Part shown: one piece after another, positions 56,745 through 64,000 of the stretch
How positions within the stretch are numbered: the stretch's first letter is position 1
Layout: each line of letters starts with the position of its first letter
NCBI GenBank assembly: GCA_016214785.1
Contig: JACRNV010000005.1
Coordinates: forward strand, 21,365 to 85,364
DNA from: Methanobacteriota archaeon
GTDB taxonomy: Archaea > Thermoplasmatota > Thermoplasmata > SG8-5 > JACRNV01
Length of the DNA stretch: 64,000 bases
Direction of reading: 5' to 3'
Translations under genes and position numbers: made by a program
The notes under the pieces: generated by a model
The model's database searches: none
Seen by the model: the letters and a program-made list of their open reading frames with translations, nothing else
Told to the model about the DNA's origin: nothing

Positions 56745-59453
56745 TCATCCCGGGTTCGCCAGGCGCCAGTCCGAGAGAGACGGGGGGAACTTCGCCCCCA
56801 GGGCCTCGATGTCCCGCCTGGCCTCCTCCATCGTCTCGTCCCCGTTGGGCAGGGAGAAGCGCGCCAGCGCCAGCGCAAGGTCGTGGTTCGACACAGCCCG
56901 CTCGTACTTGTCCCCCAGGCGCTCGAACAGGGCTACCGAATCCTCCAGGTAGCGCATGGAAATATACCACTCCCCCTTCAGGCCGGAGAGCGCCCCCAGG
57001 GTCCTGCAGAGCCTGGCCCTCCCGCGCAGGTTGGACTGGTCGGTCGCCGCCATCGCGTCCCTCAGCGTGCTCTCGGCTCCCGCGACGTTCCTTGCTGCGA
57101 GCTGTATCAGCCCCCACGCATGAAGCGCGGCGGCGCGCCCCTCGGAGCGCGGGGCCAGCGCGGCCCATTCTACGAACTCCCTGGCGGTCGCCGACGCATC
57201 CTCAATCTTCCCGAGGGCCAGATGTGCCCTCGATATGTCGACGCGCGCCCCCGCCAGGGAGCCGCGGTCCTGCGCCCCCACTCTCGCCTCGCACGACCGC
57301 GCATACCTGCCCACTGCCTCCTCAGCCTTCCCGGCAGCCATTGCCTCGTGGCCCTCGATCGCCAGGGCCTCGGCCTCGACGTTCTTGTCGCCGGACATCC
57401 TCGCGACGGCCAGCGCCCTCTTCCTGTGCTTCCCCGACTCTTCCCACGCCCCCGTCTCCCACAATGCCATTGCTAGATTGACAAGGGACATCCCGTACCT
57501 CGGGTCGCCGTGCCTCTCGAACAGCGCCGCGCTCTCCCTCCACAGCGCGACGGCCTCGGCGAGCCTGTTCCCCTTGTAGCGTATGGCGGCGATGTTGTTG
57601 AGGATGGTCCCCTCCATCCGCACGTTCTTCGCGGCGCGAATCCTGTCCAATGCGGCCTTGTAATGCTCTGCGGCCTCATCGAGGCGCCCCCGGAGCATGC
57701 ACACGTTCCCGCGCGTCGCCTCGCAGAGTCCTATGAGATCGTCCCTCCTCGACCTCCTCGCCAGCGCGACCGCGCGCTCGCTATGCTCTTCCGCCTTCTC
57801 GATCTCCCCCTTCCTGAGGTGAAGGGTCGCCAGCTCGTCGCATATCCTCGCCTCTATGTGCGGGTTGCCCCTGGGCAGCGCGTCCATGCTTTCCCCGTAT
57901 GCCCTGAGCGCCGCGTCCAGGTCCCTCTTCGCGAGATGCACGGAGGCTATGCGCGCCATCGTCTCGGCCCGGGGCGCGCGGTCGCGCCCGAGAAGCGCCA
58001 TGGCCTCTTCAAAGCACGCGATCGCCTCGCCCCACTTCCCTTTCATCTTACGGAGGTTCCCCTTCAGTATCAGAGCGTTGGCCCTGTCCCCCTTGTCGAG
58101 ATGGCCCAGGTCGAGCTGGCCGATAATGGCCTCCAGCTTATCACCGAGCCCGGCCTTGAGCATCGGCTCCCCCGCATCGCGCAGGGCCTTCCCGCACTCC
58201 CGTAGCGCCCCGGCCTTCACGAGGTGGGAGCACGCCTCGGCCGCATGCCCGGCGTCGTCCCACGTGGCCACGAGCGCGCGGGCTATCCTCAAATGGGCGC
58301 GCCGCCTTTCCTCCGGGCTTCCGCTCTCTGGCAGGACGAACTGTGGCGCCAGATGGACATGGCCCCCGGCGGACATGAGCGCCCCCTTCTCGGTAAGCCA
58401 CGAGACGACCTGGTAGTCTATGCCGAGCTGGGCGATCTCCCCGACGTGCACGGGCCTGCCAAAGGCCGCCAGGAGCCCGAGGAGCCGCCTCTCCCCCCTG
58501 GACAGGGCTGCGTCATCCGTAAGGGGGGCGTCCCCTCCGCGACGCGGCGACAGCAGCAGAGGCCTCCCGCCCGTTTGGGCGAACGCCTCCGAGGGGATGG
58601 GGTAGCCCTGCCGCCTGGCAAGGGCGAGTGTCTCCTCCTCGCTCAGCGGGCCCATGTCCAGCCTCCCCCACGTGCCTTCGGCCAGCGTCGGGCAGGGGCC
58701 ATCTGTGGAGAGCACGAGCTTCGCCGCTCTCCCATCTGCCATGGCCCTGGCCAGCGACTCGACCTCCGCCTGGCTCTGCGCGTGCCCTGTGTCGTCGAGC
58801 GCGATGAGCATCGGAGGCCTGACTTCGCCCAGTATGCTCGCCACCCTTGCGTAAGGTATCTCCCGCTCCGAGCGCATTATGTAGCCGAGCAGGCCGCCGG
58901 CGCCTTCCGGCAGGGTCGCGGCCAGGGATTCCAGGCCCTCGCGCAGCGTGCCGTCCCTCTTGAGCGACCAGTAGAACGCCGTTCGCTCGGTCCCGAGCCC
59001 GGCCATGAAGCGGCGCAGAAGGGAGGTCTTTCCCATGCCCCTCTCACCATATAGTATGAGCGTTGCCGGGCCATCCCGGGCGAATGCCGCCAACTCCCTT
59101 AGCTCCCTCGAGCGCCCGACGAAGTCCGCCGGCGGCGCGACAGACAATGTCTTCGGTGCGAGCGCGCGCTTCCCCAGGCCGTTGGCGACGACCCTACCTT
59201 CGTCCGTGAGGAAGTAGCATGTCCTCTTCCTGCTGCAGCCGTCGACGCGCGCCTTCCTCGCGAAGACGTACCCCCTCCTCATCAGGTCTATCACCGCCCG
59301 CGGCACGTGGTTGCGCGCTATCCCGACCGACTGCGCCACCCCGTCCTGCGTCACCAGCCTAGGTTGCAGGTAGCTGCCCGCCAGGCGCGAGAGCGGGGCT
59401 AGGTGAGAGACAATCTTCTCCTGCGTGGGGCTAAGGTCGTTCGCCCGCTGCAC
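56745..59453 (-). CDS. Winged-HTH / STAND-type ATPase / TPR protein (paralogue of 49008-51455)
   Basis: TQDGVA..VGIARNHV...YFLT.EG, FVGR.REL, GERGMGKT, ALDD and TGGRPL, then many TPR repeats. Confidence 0.82.
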   Translation of the reverse strand: MQRANDLSPTQEKIVSHLAPLSRLAGSYLQPRLVTQDGVAQSVGIARNHVPRAVIDLMRRGYVFARKARVDGCSRKRTCYFLTDEGRVVANGLGKRALAPKTLSVAPPADFVGRSRELRELAAFARDGPATLILYGERGMGKTSLLRRFMAGLGTERTAFYWSLKRDGTLREGLESLAATLPEGAGGLLGYIMRSEREIPYARVASILGEVRPPMLIALDDTGHAQSQAEVESLARAMADGRAAKLVLSTDGPCPTLAEGTWGRLDMGPLSEEETLALARRQGYPIPSEAFAQTGGRPLLLSPRRGGDAPLTDDAALSRGERRLLGLLAAFGRPVHVGEIAQLGIDYQVVSWLTEKGALMSAGGHVHLAPQFVLPESGSPEERRRAHLRIARALVATWDDAGHAAEACSHLVKAGALRECGKALRDAGEPMLKAGLGDKLEAIIGQLDLGHLDKGDRANALILKGNLRKMKGKWGEAIACFEEAMALLGRDRAPRAETMARIASVHLAKRDLDAALRAYGESMDALPRGNPHIEARICDELATLHLRKGEIEKAEEHSERAVALARRSRRDDLIGLCEATRGNVCMLRGRLDEAAEHYKAALDRIRAAKNVRMEGTILNNIAAIRYKGNRLAEAVALWRESAALFERHGDPRYGMSLVNLAMALWETGAWEESGKHRKRALAVARMSGDKNVEAEALAIEGHEAMAAGKAEEAVGRYARSCEARVGAQDRGSLAGARVDISRAHLALGKIEDASATAREFVEWAALAPRSEGRAAALHAWGLIQLAARNVAGAESTLRDAMAATDQSNLRGRARLCRTLGALSGLKGEWYISMRYLEDSVALFERLGDKYERAVSNHDLALALARFSLPNGDETMEEARRDIEALGAKFPPSLSDWRLANPG

Positions 59454-59631
59454 GCATGTGATTTGTTTTCTTAGTATAAAAACATTTCTATTTGTTGCAC
59501 TAAGAAAATTATATATTATAAGTTGTGCAAGTTGTGCGGCTGTTCGAGAGGTTTAAATACGCGCAATCTCATGCAATTGGACAAGGAGTCTCAATGTCGT
59601 ACGTTGCGAAAGCGTCGAGGAGGCTGTCGGG

Positions 59632-62600
59632 ATGCGTGCGGTGTTAGGTAAGTGGGCGGCTGTTTCTGTGGGCCTGGTAGTGTTGCTGAGCGCGATGGTC
59701 GTGGGGAGCTGGCAGACGAACGGGACGGCCTCGCGCCCTGCAGTGCCTCTGAATTATACTGCACATGCACCGATAAGGATCAACTCAGACGCGGAGTTCG
59801 CGACGAAGGCGGCGAGCGAGGGGTGGAACGGGAGCGGGGCGCAGGGGGACCCGTATATCATCGAGAGCTACGACATCAACGGTACAAGTTACGGATATTG
59901 CATCTACATCGGGAACACAACAGATTATTTTGTAGTGAGCAATTCTTATTTGCATGAGGCGAGCGGTGTGAGCAGTTACCCTTATTATTGCGAGGCAGGA
60001 TTAATCCTTTATAATGTACAAAATGGCACCATCGCCAATAACAACGCCTCCTCGAATAACGGTTATGGCATCTTCCTCAACTTCTACAGTAACTACAACA
60101 CCATCGTCAACAACACCGCCTCCTCGAACAACGGTTACGGCGGCATCTTCCTCAACTTCGTCAGCAACTACAACACCATCGCCAACAACACCGCTTCCTC
60201 GAACAACGGTTGGGGCATCTTCCTCGACTCCTCCAGCAGTAACGCCGTCGCCAATAACACAGCTTCCTCGAACAACTTGGGTGGCATCTTTATCTCCTAC
60301 TCCAGCAGCAACGCCATCGCTAACAACACTATGGCGGATGATGGAATATTCATAAGGGGAGATTTGCTTGAGCATTGGAACACTCACACAATCGACACTT
60401 CGAACACGGTGAATGGCAAACCCGTCCAATATTGGGAAAATCAGACTAGTGGAAGCGTACCCACGGGAGCCGGGCAGGTAATACTCGCCAATTGTACGAA
60501 CGTCGTAGTGGAGAACCACAACGTGAGCAAGGGAACGGTTGGGATCGAGTTAGGTTTCTCCACCAGCAACATAATCACCAACAATACCGCCTTCTCGAAC
60601 GACGAAGACGGCATATACGTCTGTAACTCTAGCAGCAATACCATCGTCAACAACACAGCCTCCTCGAACAACCAATATGGCATCTACTTGGATGGAACAA
60701 GTAGCAATACCATTTACCATAACAATATCATCGACAACTTCATCCAAGCATTCGATAACGGAATGAACTCCTGGGACAACGGTTACCCATCCGGCGGTAA
60801 CTTCTGGTCCAACTACACCGGCGTCGATGTCATGTCCGGCCCCAACCAGAACGTCCCCGGCGCTGACGGCATCGGGGACACGCCGTTCATCATCGACGCC
60901 GACTCGCGGGACAACTACCCGCTGATGGCGCCCTTCAACGGCTCGGTGCTGGCGCCCCCCGCCTGGAACTGGTCCGTGCCCGTCGATTACACCTCGAACG
61001 GCCCCGGCATCGGCGACCTGGACGGCGACGGCTTCGCTGAAGTCCTGTTCTGCTCCAACTGCGGCGTCCACTGCCTCGACCGCTACGGGAGCTGGCTGTG
61101 GAACTACAACGGGACTGCCGATTTCCGCGAGTCATTGCCCGTCGTAGCCAACCTGTACCAGGACGGGAGCGCGGAGGTGCTCGTCGGCTCCCTGAACGGC
61201 AGCCTCTATTGTTTCGACTCCCTGGGGAACCTTGCATGGTCCTCGGATTATATCGGTGAATGGCTCACGTCCGCGCCTGGCGTGGCGGACATAGACGCCA
61301 ACGGCGCCCTTGAAATAATCATGGCTTCGGACAACGGAACCTATTGCCTCGATGCCTTCGGCAACCTCACGTGGAGCGTCCCTTACAATGTCAGCTTCGC
61401 CACCTCCCCCTCGAACACCCCGGCCATCGACGATCTTGATGGCGACGGCCTGATGGAGATAGTCTATGCGACATCCAACAACTACATTAGCTGCATAAAC
61501 TGCACTGGAAATGAAATGTGGGGGGTCTACTGCGGCGACCCTTACTCCGCCAATTCGTCCCCTGCCTCCCCTGCTGTCGCCGACATCAATGCCGACGGCC
61601 TGAAGGAGATCCTGGTCAATTGCGAGGACTTCCTGGTCTGCTATGATAAGAACGGGAGCGAGCTCTGGCGCTTCAACTGCTCGGTCTCCACCACCAGCAG
61701 CTCGGACACGGGCCCGACAGTCGCCGACCTCGACCTCGATGGCAATTATGAGATACTCTTCGGCATACCCGAGGGGCACTTCTACTGCATCAATCACACC
61801 GGCCAGCTTTTATGGGAGAAGAACTACACCGTATATTCGTGGAGCCCGGGCGTTGGCGACTTCTCCGGGAGCCCCGACCTCGAGGTCCTCGTGTCCTTTG
61901 ATGGCATCCGGTGCCTCGACAAGGACGGGAACGAGCTGTGGTACAACAACACCGACTGGGTACTTGGCGCGGTGTCCGGCGACATTGACCGGGATGGCGG
62001 CGTCGAGCTGCTGGTGAGGTTCCAGGGCAACATGACGTGCATCAAGACGCCCGGCGCGAGCCCTGATGGCTACCTGGAATGGCCTTTCTTCAAGAACGGG
62101 CTCACCCACCCTGGCAGGTATTCCAACATCACGAGCCAGTCGCAGAACGACCTCTCCATAGTCCCCACTGACATCTCCTTCTCCATCCCCGCCCCGCATA
62201 AATGGGACGAGGTCACCATCACCGCCACGATACGGAGCAATGTCCCTGTCACCAACCTGCCGCCGAGCTCCGCGGTCGATGCGAGCGCGCCGTACTGGAA
62301 GGCGTCGAGCCCAATTACCATCAACGCAACGGCCAGCGATCCCGACGGGAACGTATCCTCCGTGGACCTCTGGTTCAGGTGGTCGAGCAACAACGCGAGC
62401 TGGGGCGCCTGGACGCTCTTCGGGAACGATACCGCGTTCCCATGGTCGTGGTCGTTCAACTTCACGAGCGGCCAGGGATTCTACCAGTTCTATTCGATTG
62501 CAGAGGACAATCTCGGCGCGACCGAGTCAGCCCCGGGCGCGCCCGACGCCCTCTGCGGCTACGATTCCACCCCCGGCTCGCAGACGCTTAGCGCCGGCCC

Positions 62601-64000
62601 CGGCTTCTGGAAGGGCGCCAACATCACTGTGAACGCCAGCGCCAGCGACGCCGTGAGCGGAGTCGCGAGCGTGGAGCTCTGGTACAGGTACTCCGCGAAC
62701 AACGCGACATGGGGTTCCTGGGCGCTCGTCGGCGCCGACTCGGCGCCGCCGTACCAATGGAACCTGACGCTCGGGTTTGGCTATTACCAGTTCTACACTC
62801 GTGTCCGGGACTTGGCGGGGAACTACGAGCCAGTGCCAGGCGGCCCCGAGCTGTGGATAGGAATCGACACCGCATTCCCGGTCAGCGCGGTCGATGCCAT
62901 CAGCCCGTACGTCCAGCCTAACGCCCCCATAATAGTGACTGCGACGGCGAGCGACACTGGCGCGTCCGGCCTGGCGGGCGTGGAGATGTGGTACCGGAAC
63001 TCCACAGACAATTCGACCTGGGGCGCATGGTCCCTCTTCGGCACGGACTCGGCGGCACCGTATTCGTGGAGCTTCACCTTCCCGGCGGGAGCGGCCTATT
63101 ACGAGTTCTACTCGAGAGCGAGGGACAATGCGGGGAACTACGAGCCTGCGCCGGGAAGCGCGGACACGCGCTGCTACTACAACCCGCCCGCTCCGTCGAT
63201 CACTGTGTCCAAGATTGTAGACAAGGCGACCGCCAACCCCGGCGACAACCTGACGTACACAATATATTTCGACAACACGGGCGGAGCTATCGCCTCCGAC
63301 GTCTTCGTCAACGACACGCTGCCTGCTGGTGTCACATACATCAGCGACACCTCCGCCTCGCTGCCGGAGTTCTCCTCGCGCGTCATAAACGGCGCCGAAT
63401 GCTATTTCTCATTCGTCAATGTCGCGCCGGGCGCTCACAGCTTCACACTGATGGCGAGCATCAACTCGACTGTGGCGAACGGCACGAACTTGACAAATTA
63501 CGTTTCCTGTGAATATTATCCTTCGGGCACGCTCACGGAGGCATGGGCGAGCACGACCATCGGTGGAGTCTTGGTCCCGAGGCCGCCGATACGCATCAAC
63601 AGCAACTCCGACTTCGACGCCGCGCACGGGGTGAGCTCGGGGAACGGCTCGCAGGCGAACCCGTACATCATCGAGAACTGGGACATCAACGGAGGCGGGT
63701 ACGGGTACTGCGTCTACGTCGGGAATACTACGATGTACTTCACCGTCAGGAACTGCTACCTCCACAACGCGAGCGGAGTCTCCCTGTGGCCGTACTATTA
63801 CGGCCAGGGCATAATCCTCTACAACATCCAGAACGGCACGATAAACAACAACAATGCGTCCTCGAACGCAAATATCGGCATCCACCTCGATCACTCCGAC
63901 GGCAATACCATCTCGAACAACAATGCAACCTTAAATGGTGGATACGACTGGGGAGGCATCTTGCTGTACATGTCCAATGGCACTACCGTAACAGGCAACT
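59632..64000 (+). CDS. Large secreted/surface protein (NosD/parallel beta-helix, FG-GAP/VCBS repeats, Ig-like, DUF11), 3'-partial
   Basis: GAGGAGG RBS; frame open to the window end. Signal peptide MRAVLGKWAAVSVGLVVLL, NN.ASSN..GI repeats, DLDGDG..E repeats, repeated W..W...G.D..P..W.F..G..Y.FY modules and KIVDKATANPGDNLTYTI. Confidence 0.85.
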   Translation, partial: MRAVLGKWAAVSVGLVVLLSAMVVGSWQTNGTASRPAVPLNYTAHAPIRINSDAEFATKAASEGWNGSGAQGDPYIIESYDINGTSYGYCIYIGNTTDYFVVSNSYLHEASGVSSYPYYCEAGLILYNVQNGTIANNNASSNNGYGIFLNFYSNYNTIVNNTASSNNGYGGIFLNFVSNYNTIANNTASSNNGWGIFLDSSSSNAVANNTASSNNLGGIFISYSSSNAIANNTMADDGIFIRGDLLEHWNTHTIDTSNTVNGKPVQYWENQTSGSVPTGAGQVILANCTNVVVENHNVSKGTVGIELGFSTSNIITNNTAFSNDEDGIYVCNSSSNTIVNNTASSNNQYGIYLDGTSSNTIYHNNIIDNFIQAFDNGMNSWDNGYPSGGNFWSNYTGVDVMSGPNQNVPGADGIGDTPFIIDADSRDNYPLMAPFNGSVLAPPAWNWSVPVDYTSNGPGIGDLDGDGFAEVLFCSNCGVHCLDRYGSWLWNYNGTADFRESLPVVANLYQDGSAEVLVGSLNGSLYCFDSLGNLAWSSDYIGEWLTSAPGVADIDANGALEIIMASDNGTYCLDAFGNLTWSVPYNVSFATSPSNTPAIDDLDGDGLMEIVYATSNNYISCINCTGNEMWGVYCGDPYSANSSPASPAVADINADGLKEILVNCEDFLVCYDKNGSELWRFNCSVSTTSSSDTGPTVADLDLDGNYEILFGIPEGHFYCINHTGQLLWEKNYTVYSWSPGVGDFSGSPDLEVLVSFDGIRCLDKDGNELWYNNTDWVLGAVSGDIDRDGGVELLVRFQGNMTCIKTPGASPDGYLEWPFFKNGLTHPGRYSNITSQSQNDLSIVPTDISFSIPAPHKWDEVTITATIRSNVPVTNLPPSSAVDASAPYWKASSPITINATASDPDGNVSSVDLWFRWSSNNASWGAWTLFGNDTAFPWSWSFNFTSGQGFYQFYSIAEDNLGATESAPGAPDALCGYDSTPGSQTLSAGPGFWKGANITVNASASDAVSGVASVELWYRYSANNATWGSWALVGADSAPPYQWNLTLGFGYYQFYTRVRDLAGNYEPVPGGPELWIGIDTAFPVSAVDAISPYVQPNAPIIVTATASDTGASGLAGVEMWYRNSTDNSTWGAWSLFGTDSAAPYSWSFTFPAGAAYYEFYSRARDNAGNYEPAPGSADTRCYYNPPAPSITVSKIVDKATANPGDNLTYTIYFDNTGGAIASDVFVNDTLPAGVTYISDTSASLPEFSSRVINGAECYFSFVNVAPGAHSFTLMASINSTVANGTNLTNYVSCEYYPSGTLTEAWASTTIGGVLVPRPPIRINSNSDFDAAHGVSSGNGSQANPYIIENWDINGGGYGYCVYVGNTTMYFTVRNCYLHNASGVSLWPYYYGQGIILYNIQNGTINNNNASSNANIGIHLDHSDGNTISNNNATLNGGYDWGGILLYMSNGTTVTGN

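Noticed and set aside
60020-60330. Near-identical AAC-rich repeats as a diversity-generating retroelement TR/VR pair
   Set aside because: They are in-frame beta-helix repeats; differences are not adenine-specific and no reverse transcriptase is present in the window.

Overview
GC-rich archaeal chromosomal segment; gene content and style suggest Thermoplasmatota (inference). The housekeeping backbone comprises glnA, a complete A/V-type ATP synthase operon (H-I-K-E-C-F-A-B-D), an intron-containing initiator tRNA-Met, nadC, cca, sepF, uppP, purM, apgM, orc1/cdc6, glyA and an MTA/SAH-deaminase-like gene. Two defence loci interrupt it. The first is an AT-rich Type I restriction-modification island (about 6.77-15.1 kb): an unannotated RHH-type leader gene, hsdM, a DUF3800-like gene, a half-size single-TRD hsdS, hsdR, gene remnants, a Bro-N gene and an attC-like hairpin at its left edge. 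The second is a complete type I-G CRISPR-Cas locus (cas3, cas8g/csx17, cas7/csb1, csb2, Bro-N gene, cas4-cas1, cas2, 13 repeats/12 spacers). The most notable observations are: closely related Bro-N paralogues coupled into both defence operons; a tandem-duplicated 72-bp structured element next to the tRNA with 11-nt complementarity to it; a stand-alone AT-rich nucleotide-cyclase-like gene; a 4Fe-4S membrane protein fused to thioredoxin-like and Ig-like domains; two wHTH-STAND-TPR regulators; and several palindromic elements. Family assignments come from motif recognition by eye, not from database searches.
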